Of a DNA stretch of 64,000 nucleotides, positions 38,601 to 51,453 are shown piece after piece. A model generated the notes under the pieces. The model was not told the DNA's origin and did not search any database. It worked only from the letters and a program-made list of their open reading frames with translations. The DNA is from Phaeosaccion multiseriatum. Lineage: Eukaryota > Protista > Ochrophyta, other classes. Every line of letters starts with the position of its first letter. Position 1 is the stretch's first letter. The position numbers and the translations under genes are program-made. The DNA lies in contig OZ218951.1 in the NCBI GenBank assembly GCA_965112735.1, forward strand, positions 62,001 through 126,000, given 5' to 3'.

Positions 38601-40787
38601 CAGGGCGGCTGCTCCCTCCTTTCCGGCGGCAGCCACCCGCTCCCGTTCCCGCTCCTCGGCGGCATTCCAAGCATCGGCCACAGCGCCTTTGAAAGGCGAC
38701 TCGGCCATTGCCTTGGTCATTGCCTCCAAATCTCCTCCCCAGGCCGTCACGGTCCCGGCTGGCACGGGCCCTCTTCGCTCCTTAGCGTTGAGGATACGAA
38801 GCGCCGCCTCGAGCACGACGGCGGCAACCCCCTCCTTCTCGTTGCACTGAGCGAGGCCAAATCTCCACTCCTCCCCTCCACGGCCCACTTCTTCCTCCCC
38901 CCCACTACCCGCCGTCGCCTCCTCCGTCCCGCCAAGACGAACAGGGCGTCCACTGCCTGGGTCAGGGCCCGTCAGCCTGCCTCCAACCCTCTTGCCGCCG
39001 CCCACTCCCACTCGGAGTAAACAAGCCACGATGTCGCTGCTAACATGGGCCCAGCCACAAGCAAGGGTCAAAGGGCACAAGGCGGACCCTAGGATCCTGC
39101 CGGGGCGTTCGGGGAAGTAATCATGCTCCACGTATGCCCCCAACTCGAGGAGGAGGGACACGAGTCTGCTATCATTGCACAGGATGGCGGCGCCCAGAAG
39201 GTTGCCAGGGCTCAGATAACGGCCCAGTTGGGCCTCCATGTGAGGGTCATCTACTGACCACTGCCCCTTCTAGGGGGCGTCCAACCCACCCACCAGGACG
39301 GCAGGAGTAGAGAGGGAGAGAAGAGAGAGAGAGATGAGAGCGTACATCAGCAAACACGAGGACAGGAGAAGCAAGAGGGTGAGGATGGTGCAGCACGGAA
39401 TGCCCACCGCAGGCAGCGCGTGGAGGTGAGTGCGATCGACAGACTTGGGGTAAGACTTGGGTGGGGTGAGAGGGATCGAAAGACTCGGGTAAGACTCGGC
39501 AGTGTGGACTGATCCCAGGGCTACTGCGACCAGGACAGAAGAGCAGAGGCGCAGAGGGCCTCACCTTCACGAGAAGCCGTAGCACCTCCTCCCCACGACG
39601 TCGCTCCATCCTTTGTACGCAGTCCTCCTTCTTCTCTTTCGTGGACATTGGCGGCGGCGGCGGCTGCTGCTGCTGCTGCTCCTGCCCCTCCTCGTCCTTG
39701 TCTTCTCCTCCTCCGTTCCAGCTGCTTCTTCCCACGTGGACAATCGGACGCACTTGATTTGAAAGCGCCTCGAAAATGCCAAGACGCTCCCCCATGCCTA
39801 CGACTACACTCGATGCGTTGTCCGCGCTCTTGGAGAGGTGCCCACTCATGGTCACAGGGCCCTCCTGCAAGTCACGGTGCTCCAGCAGAACCTGAGGAGG
39901 AGGGGGGTATGGTCAACAAGGTCAAGAGGAGGACGTGGAAGAGAAGCAAGAGGGGCCGACGAGAGGTCCGGAGGGTCTCGCAGCTCGCACACACACACAC
40001 ACTCACACACGCACAGGAATTTCCCAAAGGACATGGAGAGGCAGCCAAGCGCTGAGCATCGCGGAACAGCCCAACACAGACACAGGCAGGCAGACACGCG
40101 CCGGCGAAGGCTTTCGCGTTTGCTCACCCTCAGCATTCGCACGGCCCCCAGCCTTGCCATCTCCCAGACAAGCGGCGTGCCACCTTTGATGACGTCTGGT
40201 GGGTAGGCGACGTGAATGGAGGCCAGCCGCTCGTCCAGCAGCAAGCCCAGAGCGCAAGCCAGCTCCCTAAAGTCCTTCTCCGCGTCCTTCAGTCTCTTCC
40301 GCGGGCCTCGTCCGGACCCTGGCAAGTCGCTGGGTCTGTCGTCGAGCTCTACCTCCACACTTAACCCGTTGAGCTCATCCTCCATACTGCACAGCTCCCC
40401 CACCAGCATTTCGAGAGGCGTCTTCTGCTTCGGACGCACGTCAGAGAACCCCACCAGCGGGTTCAGTCTGTGGTTCATGAACACGAGTCGGACGGGCCGC
40501 ATCTTTTTTCGCTGCAGTAGTTCCACAAACAAGCCTTGGTACCAATGCTGCGCCCCCTCGTGGATTTCTTTTCGGAGCCGGTCTCTGAGTTTTACGTCCT
40601 GCTGCATTTCTAGGTCCTTCTCCATCACTTCAAACTCCCTGTCCACCATTCCGAGAGCTGCATGGAGAGACGGAACCAGCACGGCATCCCCCTTTCCCGA
40701 CCCTTCGATGTAGCGCGATACCCACTCGAGTGCCTTGACGAGCGGCCCCTTGTCTCCGCTGCCCTGGGACGAAGATGATTCTTCCAT
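32700..40787 (-). CDS. Large multi-exon ankyrin-repeat and C-terminal TPR protein
   Basis: Ankyrin-like GGTPLVWEMARLG, LLGAAILCNDSRLVSLLLELGA and GVTPLWQVMHYKGKDDVVEVLLKFGANP; TPR-like KALFRRAEALRLLGDLDGAYRDLSRLEELEP|GN; all exons on one strand with GT-AG ends. A split into two genes is not excluded. Confidence 0.7.
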
Positions 40788-40982
40788 CCCCTTCTTCCCC
40801 CCCCCCCCCCCTCTCTCTCTTTAGTTTGCTTCTCAGTCTGAGGATCCTACCCCCTCAGGACATCGTGTGGGACTACACAGGCACCACGTACGCGTCCTCA
40901 TCTTCACAGCCAGTACAAAATTTCTTTGGGACGTCCACTGCCATCAGAACAAGCCTCCCATTTCTTGACATTGCGTCCTCGT

Positions 40983-41870
40983 TCTCCTTCTCTGTGGGAC
41001 AGCCAAGGCCCTCCGATCCGAGCTCAGCGAGCAGGACAAGGAAGCCGATGGGGAAGAACAGCGAACGAAGCAAGGGGCAATCAAGAGCCGATCGTAAGTG
41101 CGTCATTTCCTTTTCGTATTGGGGGGAATGTTGTCCTCACACCGGTATCCCTCACCCCTTCTTTGTTTTGCTCCTTCTCTGTGGGACTGGATGAGACAGC
41201 CAAGGCCCTCAGATCCGAGCTCAGCGAGCAGGACAAGGAAGCCGATGGGGAAGAACAGCGAACGAAGCAAGGGGCAATCAAGAGCCGATCGTAAGTGCGT
41301 CATTTCCTTTTCTTTGGTTCGCCTCACCCCTTCTCTCTCTGTTTTGGATTTGTTTTGGAGGCACTCCTTTTTTGCTTACAAATTCCCCTTCTCCTCCCTT
41401 CTCCTGGCTGCCTACACACTTCCCCTATGCTGCAGGCGCGAATTGCCGAGCAAGTGGTTGAAGGCGTGATGGTAAAACATCAGCGGGCTCGACTCATCGC
41501 TTTCCCTCCCTCGCTGATGATAATGCTAATGGATGAGAGCGATCTGGAAGGGAAGGGAGTGCAGATACGGGGAAGCGTGAGGTTGCTGAAAGACTGTGGG
41601 CTGGACATTGATGCATTGATGTGAGACGAGGAGGAGAAGAAAACTTGGGCTATGATGAGGATTTTTGTATCAAAATTGGTGGGAAGACTACGCTGACCGA
41701 AGCTGCATTAAATGGGCACTTCGATTTGGTGCGGGGGCTCCTGGAGGAGGGTGCAGATGTGGACAAGGGTGATTGGCTTGGCTCTGTTTTCGACCTATCG
41801 GAGGAAGGAGGGTGGGGAAGTCACCCCATGATCCTATCGTACCTGTTGGGGAGTAGGGCCAGGATCAGCA
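40983..41870 (+). pseudogene. Ankyrin-repeat pseudogene with a duplicated exon and an 8-bp frameshifting duplication
   Basis: GKTTLTEAALNGHFDLVRGLLEEGADVDKG; ~130-bp direct duplication (40983-41115 and 41171-41312); CATTGATG tandem duplication at 41606-41621. Confidence 0.7.
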
Positions 41871-42017
41871 GGTGGCAGAGGCGGAGGGGGTGGTGGAGGT
41901 GGTGGAGGTGGCGAGCGAGGCCGGTGTGGTGGCAGCAGAGGAGGCGCTCGCGGCAGGTTTGGAGGCTGCGAGTTTCAGTGCTGTGGCCGGCTCACAGCGA
42001 CACACAAACAGCGACAA

Positions 42018-42072
<55 letters not shown>

Positions 42073-42425
42073 TGGCAGAGGCGGAGGGGGTGGTGGAGGT
42101 GGCGAGCGAGGCCGGTGTGGTGGCAGCGGAGGAGGCGGCGAGCGAGGCCGGTTTGGCGGCTGTGCCTTTCCGTGTGATGGCCGGAGCGGAGTGCGAGGGG
42201 GCGGCGCTGTTGCCGCTCCCGCAGCCGCAGTCGCCGGTGGCAGAGGCGGAGGGTGGTGGTGGAGGTGGTGGAGGTGGTGAGCGGGGACGGGGTGGTGGCA
42301 GCGGAGGAGGTGCTCTCGGCGGCGGCGGCGCCGATGGCCGCGTTGGAGGCTGTGCGTTTCAGGGTGGTGTGTGGGTTAAGCTATATTAAACACGTACCAG
42401 TAGCTCACAAAAGACCATTTACATA

Positions 42426-45149
42426 CTACCCTTTGCTCTGCTGGCCACCACCCCCTCCCTGTTGGAGCGCTATTCTTCTGCTTCGCTTCTTGGGGGCACC
42501 CCCCTCTGGTGGAAGAGGAGCGCGACGTTTGCGCCAGCATCCCTCCTTCTGCTGCTGCTCGCCCATCCTCTTCTTTCCCCTCGTGTTGGGGCCGGGGTGT
42601 TTGGGGGTACGAACGGGGGGGTCTGCGTCCGAGTTTGGTCCATCATCTCCTCTGAGACGAGCCCGCTCCTCACGTGGCTCATGCGCCTCTCCCGCGACGC
42701 CTCCCCGCTCCTCAATGGTCTGTGTGCCTTTCTGCCTATCCCCCTTGTGCTGCTTGCCTCCCCCGTGCCTCCTGCAGAATCCGACCCCCCCACGTGAACT
42801 TTGCTGTATCTTGGTGCATCCCTGCTTGCTGCAGAGCTTATACCCTCCCCCGTGTCTTTTGCACAATCCCCGTATCTCGGGTCTGTTGGGGCAGCCCTTC
42901 TCTCTACAGGTCTTTCCCCCGTGCTTGTAACACTTGTCGTCCCCTTTTGTGGGTTCTCTCCGGCACCCCTGCTCGCTACAGCGCCTCCCTCCACCGTGAC
43001 TGTGGCACAATCCCCGTGCCGAAGGTTTGTTGGGGCAGCCCTTCTCTTTGCAGGTCTCTCCCCCGTGCTTGTAACACTTGTCTCCCTTTGTGGGTCTTGT
43101 GGTACACCCCTGCTCGGTGCAACCCTTCCCTCCACCGTGTGGCTCATGCGCCTCTCCCGCGACGCCTCCCCGCTCCTCAATGGTCTGTGTGCCTTTCTGC
43201 CTATCCCCCTTGTGCTGCTTGCCTCCCCTGTGCATCTTGCAGAATCCCCCACATGCATATTGCTGTGTCTTGGTGCATCCCTGCTTGCTGCAGAGCTTAT
43301 ACCCTCTCCCGTGACTCTTGCACAATCCCCGTCCTATGGGTCTGTTGGCGCAGCCGTTCTCTTTGCAGGTCTCTCCACGGTGCTGGTGACACTTGTCTCC
43401 CTTTGTGGGTCTTGTGGTACACCCCTGCTCGGTGCAACGCTTCCCTCCACCGTGACTCTTGCAGAATCCCCGTGCCTCGGGTCTGCTGGGGCAGCCGTTC
43501 TCTTTGCAGGTCTCTCCCCCGTGCTTGTGACACTTGTCTCCCTTTGTGGGTCTTGTGGTACACCCCTGCTCGGTGCAACGCTTCCCTCCACCGTGACTCT
43601 TGCAGAATCCGACCCCCCCACCTTGCTGTATCTTGGTGCATCCCTGCTTGCTGCAGAGCTTATACCCTCCGTGACTCTTGCACAATCCCCGTGCCCTCGG
43701 TCTGCTGGGGCAGCCCTCCTGTCTACACGTCTCCGGTGCCTTTGTAAGCGGCGTGAATCGCTCCCTGGCCTCCTCCTCGGTGCAACCCTGCTCGAACATG
43801 ATGCGCCCTGCAAGCATGTCGTTCAACTGAGCATATGTGTAGTTGCCTGCAAAAAGGGGGGGGGTGGGGGGGGGGAAGGAGGAGGAGGAGGAGGAGGAGG
43901 AGGAGGAGGAGGAGGAGGAGGAGGAGCGTCAGAAAAAGCCCCTTTGACAAGTAGCGAAGCACCCATCCCCGCCAACGACACGTACCACATATGGCGAGGG
44001 TGCTGGGGTGCATGAGAGCGCCCATCCTTAGCCCTGCATAGTCAGCGTCTGGATCTTTCCCTTGAGCAAACTGCCCTTGGGCGCATTCTCCCGTGATGAG
44101 GAGCAACGGGAGGAGTGGGAGGCACCATCTCAATTTGCCCGCCGAGACATAGCACCATGGTCTCCCATCATCCGTGGAAGTATTGGTAAAAACGGGAGCC
44201 TGCCTTCTGCCGGCGTTCCAGCGCCCCGCGAGCATGACACCAATTGCCTCTTGGTGATGTACAGTTCGATTGTCCCCCGAAGCGACTGCCCCAACCATTG
44301 CGGAGTCCAGTTTCAGGATCATCGTGCCCATGACCTTGACACCCGGCTGTTTGAGCTGATCGGCTCTGGGCGTCGAATCAAGAATCATCATGTTCGCCCC
44401 CGTTCGGACCCCAGTCTTTTTACCCAAAGAGGCCATCGTGCCATCGTCGAGGCCCCAGTCAGTGCGCTCGCCCGCGACCGGCTTGTCATAATGAACGAGG
44501 TGGACAACAATGATCTTGGCATCTTGCTCAGGTTGCCCCTCCTCTGGTGCTGGGTCTTTAAAGATGGGCTGAAACCACGGCTCTACATGTTCAAGCCAAT
44601 GCTTCACCTTGGCCTGGTACTCGGGACTGCTGACGAATCGATAGGCGGCTGTTACCTTGCACTGATCATCCATACAGAACCATCCGCTCCGGCTGTCAAT
44701 GACCTGTTGCACGAATGGCGGAGGGTAGTATCGCACGCTCATAGCACCCACTTTCCTCTCCCCATCTGGTTTGGAGGGCCGGTCTCGTAGGGGATGGGCC
44801 CTCTCATCTTTCGCGTTCATGACAGCCTCCAGTGGTCGAATTTCCCGCCGGATAGACTGCCTCCCCCCGAACTCCGTCAAAACCCCCGCCCCTTGCAACA
44901 TGTTCTTTGTCTGTGTGCCCTGCGGATGAAGAGAGGGAGATGGGTGAGAGGAAGACTCTACCGCGGTCGAAGAAAAGCGCCACCGCCCCTCCTCCCTCCC
45001 TCCGACCGACTACATGTGCACTTGCTGCTCACCTCGTTTGCGGATGTGCCATGCCGTTGCGTGCCTTGTACTGGCACCGCTGGCACCGCCTCCTTCTCCT
45101 CCTCCTCCTCCTCCTCCTCCTCCTCCTCCTCCTCCTCCTCCTCCTCCTC

Positions 45150-45183
<34 letters not shown>

Positions 45184-45191
45184 TCCTCCAT
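42426..45191 (-). CDS. Acidic N-terminus, UDG-superfamily-like domain, 12 tandem C-x4-C-x9/13-C-x2-H (WRKY19-like) zinc fingers and a basic NLS
   Basis: Exons 45191-45033, 44919-43986 and 43846-42426 splice in frame. Twelve C..C..C..H units such as CKEKGCPNKPSARGLCHSH; C-terminal RKRR...PKKRSRR. The UDG-like call is motif-based only, and the start may lie further upstream. Confidence 0.75.
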
Positions 45192-45607
45192 ATCTCTGCT
45201 GTCACTACGAAAAGAAGCAGCGGAGGAAGAGCCCCCTTCGCCGCTCGACGTAAACGCCGCCCCCGCCACCTCGCCCTCCCTTGCCCACCCGGCTTGACTC
45301 TGACGCCAAGCTTCACTGCATGTGTTTACATATTCCGGCCAAGCCTCATTTATGGGCCTTCCAAACTGAAAACCACACCACATCTCTTCTCACTCCCCGC
45401 AGAGGGCGTGAGAAGGGCTCTAAAGATTTCATCCCCCCCCATGAGCTGAAACTCAATTTCAGGCCAACAGGGTTCGGGAGAGAAACCCAAAATACATGAA
45501 ACAGATAGGCAAAAAGGCGGGCGAAGGAGTGAAAAATTAGCCTCCTTCCATCCGCCCTTCTCTCCCCTTATCTCCTCCTCTGCGACCGTCTCTTCCGTGT
45601 TGGCCAC

Positions 45608-45785
45608 CCACTCATTCACTCACTCACTCACTCACTCACTCACTCACTCACTCACTCACTCACTCACTCACTCACTCACCCACTCCCTCCCTCGCTCACT
45701 CTAGCAACACGCTCACTCCCTTTCCCTCACGCCCTCCCTCCCTCACTCACTCACTCACTCACTCACTCCCTCACGCACTCACTCA
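45608..45785. repeat. (ACTC)n microsatellite
   Basis: Seen directly. Confidence 0.9.
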
Positions 45786-47063
45786 ACTGGCGGGGAAGGG
45801 AAAGTTATCATCATGCCCGCGGTGGAGGCATCTCGGGTGGGCCCAGGGCATGGGGCCTCCCATGCCCCGCCCGGGCATGACACCGCAGCTACATGCCTCC
45901 TCCCCCCGGCGATCATGCTCTGTATCGTGGTGATATATGCGACGGCAGACGCTGTACCGCTTGCGCATAAAGCACGACGCCGGCAAGCTCCAGTTTGTGC
46001 TTGCAAGCAGAAAAGCCGGCCGGAAGCAAGGCCCATGCCATATTTGCATTATATCTATGCAAACGTGCGCCAACCAAGCTGTTTGCACAGAAAGGGACAG
46101 CACAGCAAGCACAGGAAACAGCCACACATCACAGCCAGTCGTTAGCGCCGCCAAAGTCAAAGCCACAGCCGGCCCAAGAGAGCGGGAGGGACAACGGGAG
46201 ATCAGAGAAGCACTGAGGATAGGTGGTTGAAAAGGAGAGAGATGCCTGCTGATACATAAGCCGGTGTGCCTCTTCTCTCTTCTCTCACCTCGTCGGCATT
46301 GAACTCGCAGTTGTCCGTGAGCCCCTCCTCCTGTCCGCGTCCTCCTTCTGGGTTATCGGATTATCCCTTCTGCGCCAGGCCGGATACTGGGCCTCACTCA
46401 GCCACGCTCGCCGTTCAGCAGCCAAACAGAGGCACCTTGTACAAGTAATGGGACACTACCAATCACAATAGCACGTCGCTGCACAAGGCAGGGGCTCTTG
46501 CCTCCATCAGAGGTGGAGCGCTCGTAATGATTATTGTAGTAGTAGTCCAGTGAACACATTTTTGAAAAAAAACAAGGAGTCTCCTCTTTTCCCCTCCCTT
46601 CAAGCAGGGCGCAGCGGGGGCAGGGCACAGCCGTGGACGGGAGAGAGGGAGATTCGATCTCTGGAAGGGCGCCAGTAGAGGGAGAACCGCAGATACTGAA
46701 ATAACCAAGCTGGTGGTGCTGCACCAGTGGCATCCCGTGGAGGAGTCGAGTAGGATGAGTTTTCACTTTTTTGGGACGTCTCCCCCCCCCCCCACCCCAC
46801 CTAGGTGGTGAAGGCGTCGCCAATACGTTACAGTTGCGGGTTGGTCTCAACTTCTCCAGGGAAACACCCTCAGGGTGCAGCTGGTCCACACCACACAGCA
46901 GGAGGAGGCAGGACAAGTCTGACGCAGGAGCAGAAGCAATGGGGCCTTCACTCAAGAACCAAATGACCGTGTGTCCTCCGCACCAAACCAAAGACGGCAG
47001 CGACGACGCGGGTGAAGGCAATTTCTACGGCAGTTTCTACAGTCGTCAGCGAGAGAGGCGCAG

Positions 47064-47575
47064 AGAGTGAGACCATTTGCGCTTGGTTTGCTCGCCGGGT
47101 CGATGGACTGCAGCCGCCGGCCTGACGCCTTGACGCGTCCCTCCGTCCCTCCTACCCTCCTTCCTCCTCCAGGGGCGAGCTGCCCCACTTCGCCGGCATC
47201 AACACGTTCATGAAGGCCCCCTTCGTGGAGGATATTAAGAAGTGCGGGGCATACGACGCCGCCGTGCTGGGCGTGCCCTTCGATGGAGGTAAGTGCGTGC
47301 GTGCACGGGTTGAGGGGCGAAGTAAGCAAGGCGACTTTAGATGCCCCTCCCTCCCCCCCTTCACACACTCCTGCTGCAACCAACCCTTCCCGCTTGTGTC
47401 GCCCCTCCCGCTCAGGCTGCACCTACCGCGCCGGCACGCGCTTCGGGCCACAGGGCATCCGCCGCATCTCTGCGCTGTACACGCCGTACCACTACGAGAA
47501 AGGTCCGTTGTGTCGAGAGCCTTGAGTGTGTGGGAGGGCGTGTCTGCTCGGAATCAATGTACTTGCGCTGCATTG
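47064..47575 (+). pseudogene. gdmH: Near-identical duplicated fragment of the guanidine hydrolase gene (end of intron 3, exon 4, intron 4, exon 5, start of intron 5)
   Basis: Matches 60581-61092 with only one difference that I noticed (ggaatc vs gggatc); introns are retained. Confidence 0.95.
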
Positions 47576-47830
47576 TAGCCATAAACCTTATTTTAGTATC
47601 ACATATGTGGGACTTTATGTGGGACTTTATGTGGGAGGCTTACGTAGGGCATTCTTCTCACTTGTTTCGCAGGGTATAGTAGCAAAAGGTTGTAGGAGAT
47701 GATGCACAGACACGGGAGGGGGGGGAGAGAGGAGGGTGCTGAGAGAGGAGCAATAAAAGGGTACAAGGTGCCAGGAATTAAATTAAATTAAATTAATTAA
47801 ATATATGTACTCACTCACTCTCTGCCTCTC

Positions 47831-48296
47831 TTAATGGGGGAACTGCCTCCTCGACAACAACGGATTTGCATGGGCTGCAGGGGGCGGTAGGGGGAACTTC
47901 CACTTCCGCACCGGTCTGATCGTGTAATCCTGTCGTAAAGCCGTCACGGCCTTCGTGAACTCCACGGCCCTCTTCTCCTTCTTGAGTTCCTCAATCTCTC
48001 TGAACACCTGATGCCTTTGCGTCGGCTCCCCCGCTTCGGTTCCGGCCTCAAGCGCAGCCCTGACGCAACCCAGAAGGCTCTTTGCACGACCGTCGTCTTT
48101 GAATTTGATGGAGGCATTCTGTCCCACCGCCGCCTCCCACCGGGTAAGCGTTTTTTGCCTTTTGGGGCAGGTGATGAACTCGAGGGCGAATGTCCAGAGA
48201 AGCGAAATGTGGTCCGTGGTTGGGCTTGGACTTTCCACCGTCATCAGCAGCTTCCTCTTCTTCTTCGGTCTTTGCGCCGAGTCCTCGCAGGTGCCG

Positions 48297-48332
<36 letters not shown>

Positions 48333-51300
48333 CGTGCCACTCCCTCCGGTGTAGTGCAGGCGCTGCTGCTGCTGCTGCCACGTGCCACTCCCTCCGGTGT
48401 AGTGTGGGCGCTGCTGCTGCTGCTGCTGCTGCTGCCAAATGCCACTCCCTCCGGTGTAGTGCAGGCGCTGCTGCTGCTGCTGCCACGTGCCACTCCCTCC
48501 GGTGTAGTGCAGGCGCTGCTGCTGCTACTGCTACTGCTAGCCCCTCCATGCACTAGCAGAGAGGGAGGCATCCCCGCCTGTAGCAGCTGCTCCTGGGTGG
48601 AGGGCGCCCTGCCCGCCCTGACGACACTGAGGACCTCTCCGAGGAGGGCCTTCACATCACTCAGCTCCCCTCTCGCCTCCCCCAGTTGCTGTGTCAGGGT
48701 GGCGATGGCCTGCCCCTGCTGATAGTTCTTCTGGTGCAAGTCGCGGACGGTATTGCCGATGTTGAAAACCCCGTCTCTGATGGCCGACTGGTGGAGATCT
48801 GGCCCTCTGCTCCCGGCCGGCTGCGCTTGACTCAATTGAACTGCAAGTGCGGAGTTGCTCTGGATAATGTTCCGCACGACTGGCTCAACGGCTTCGGCGA
48901 CGCCAACACTGAGCCTTTCGGCAGTGGCGCCAAACTTCTGCTGTCGCTTCCTCGCGTATTCTTTCACTTGTATGCTCCATTGCTTCCAGGCCTCGGTCTT
49001 GAAGAGTTCGGCGTCCCACAGCTGCTGGAAGGACTGCCACTTCGGGTCGTCTTGCAGGAGCACCAGGTTCTGAAGGAGGGCAGTGCGGACTTCAACCATG
49101 GCGGCGAGGTGGAGAACACGGTCTTGCTTGGACGAGCGAGTGTCCATCTTCCTCCACTCCTGCTCGTTCTCCAGCCACTCTTGGATGTGAGGGAGGCAGT
49201 GCTGGTACAGGGTCCTCACATGGTCAGCAGACACAAGCTCCTCTGGTAGTGCATGGAAATGTGCAGCCCAGTACGCCTGCACTTGCTTGAAGAAGGCGCA
49301 GAACTTGACCGGGCCCCACTCGGTCTTCATGTAGAACTGCTTCATTCTACTCAGGCCCACCGCCCACGCATGCCGTTCGAAAGCATCGGACTGCTCGCTG
49401 CTGAGCGTGCCACTCGCGGAGTTGGTAGCGGTCTCCGAACACGAGGTGGCGAGATAGGTGCTTGATTCTCACATTGCCTGTAGCAGTCCTGCTGACCAGG
49501 CCGATCGCCTCTGCCGCCTTTTGGATGTGAGCTGACAGACATGCGGACGAGATTGCGAACGCAGGTAGCATCTGCCACTCTCGTGCATTTGACGCCTGGT
49601 AGTCTGGGGTAGGATAGCCACGTATTCCCAGGTGGTGGCGCGCGAAAAGAAGCAGCCCTGTGACGACATGTTTTTAGGCGCAGCGCGGAGCGGACAGAGG
49701 GGCAATAGAGTGACGGAGCGAGGCAGGGAGAGAGGGTGTGAGACACAGGGAGAAAGGATAAAAACACACACAGGCGCACACGCACACACATTGGAAGTCG
49801 AGCTACTGCAGGGGAAGACAGGCAAAGCGTCACAGCCGTACGTACATGTGAGCCGCACCGTCGACCACTCCCCCCCTCTGTCCCTCAAAATCCTCCCCTG
49901 CCCTCCAGTCCCTGCGCTTTCCCCTGCGCCTCGGAAAGCGTAGGCACTCACCATACATGCCAACAGCATCCATCCCAGGCTTTGCGGCGCGGACGTAGAC
50001 CTGGCGAGCATGAGCCTCCGACGTCTTGCTGCTCAGCACCACGCGCTCCATAAACGCATTTATGCCAGTCCCGAGTTCTGCTGTCTCACCCTTGAACAGC
50101 GCGCCCGTCAAGCGGTTGAACACCTGCTCCATTCGACTTGCGGTTGCGAGCGTCTCGAGTACGATAACGAGCGCTTCCAGGCGCTCCAGGTATGCATCCG
50201 TTGGCTGATTGTCGAGCCCCTTGCTCGCTTCAAAAACGCGTTCGGTCAACGCTTCGATGAGGCGCTCCGCGTCCTCCGGGTTGGTTGGGCTGGACGCAGA
50301 CGCTGCACCCTTAGCGAGGTCGTCCCTGCAACGCAGTGGACGAGCGGAGGGGTGGCACGGGAAGGGCGAGGATGCGTCGAGGACGACATGAGGATACACC
50401 AGAATGAGAAGAGTCGGGGTGCAGGAGACTTCACCCTCCCCGCCCACCCCCCATACCCCCCATACATAGACGAGGCGAGTTCATACATACTGACTTGTTC
50501 TTGTACACGGCAGCGTTGCGATTCCGTTGGAGGCTCTTTCTCGTCGAGGCCAGGTCGGAGTTGGCCTTCGAATGCACCCAGGCGTCTGGGCTTCCAGGCA
50601 TCGGCATCTCACGATTGATGATGCGCTGGACTTCGCAGATCTTGGTAGTGACTGCCCCTGCCGGCTGTTCGCTCGTCTTGCCCACCTCCGTTTTTCTTCT
50701 TGGGTCCGTCCTCGTGCACTCCGCCAAGTAAAAGGCGAGAGCCACTTCGTTGGTCAACCAGCAGGACAAACCCTCCTTTCGCCGATCAGTAACGAAGGCC
50801 ATGAAGCGAGGCAAGGAGGCGTGCATTTGACGCTGCACAGACTTGCCCAACTCTAACCACAAACCCCTTTTCCGACTCAACGAGTCCTGCCCGGCAAGAA
50901 AAAAAACAAACAAAAATGTGTGAGGTGTAAGGACGCAGCAATGTTCCCTCCCTCCGCCTTCTCCTGTGCTCTGCCTTACCTCCATGTTTTTGGTGTCTTG
51001 CGGGCTTGGTGTGAATGCCGTGCACCCCCAACCTTTGGTGCGATGAGTTTTCATGACCTTCACCAGGTCTTCGAAAAGCCGCTCAGTCTTCTGTTTGTCT
51101 TCTTTCGTCGCTTGGCTGTTCGTTATCGGCGTCGCCGCCTTCCCCTTCGACGCCGCCCGTGAACGCTTCTTACTTTTCGCACCAGTACTTTCCGCAGCAG
51201 CACTGCGTTTGCGCGTCGTAGGAGGAGCGCTTGCGCTTGAAGTGGTTGAAGGTGAGTCCGTCCCTGCCTGACGACCCGCAGTAGACACGGCGTCTGGAGC

Positions 51301-51453
51301 TGCGGCCGCCGCCGCGGTGTGAGCAGCGCTGTGAATAGCATCGTTCATACCCTCCAAACCCGGGTCAGAATGGGTACCTGCCAGAGCCCCACCCAGGGTG
51401 CCTGTGTCGCCGCTGCTGCCACCTGCGGCGTCAGAGGCGGCTTCGCGTGACAT
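47831..51453 (-). CDS. Crypton/Ndc10-type tyrosine recombinase (4 exons; one +1 frameshift at ~49438) with a GCR1_C-like C-terminal domain
   Basis: Exons 51453-50980, 50886-50495, 50325-49952 and 49657-47831. Catalytic-order motifs TASRME (R), SSKT (K), KHLSRH (HxxR), RHAW (H/W) and MKQFY (Y). Crypton-like blocks DAVGMYGLLLFARH...PDY...W and VRTALLQNLVLL...LFKTEAWKQW. Confidence 0.82.

Noticed and set aside
42426-43826. True WRKY transcription factor binding the GGTCAA boxes upstream of gdmH
   Set aside because: No WRKYGQK motif; these C3H fingers are only nominally WRKY19-like, and nothing links the two.
45780-47060. Several 70-200 aa ORFs
   Set aside because: No recognisable motifs or consistent splice model; likely degraded relics.
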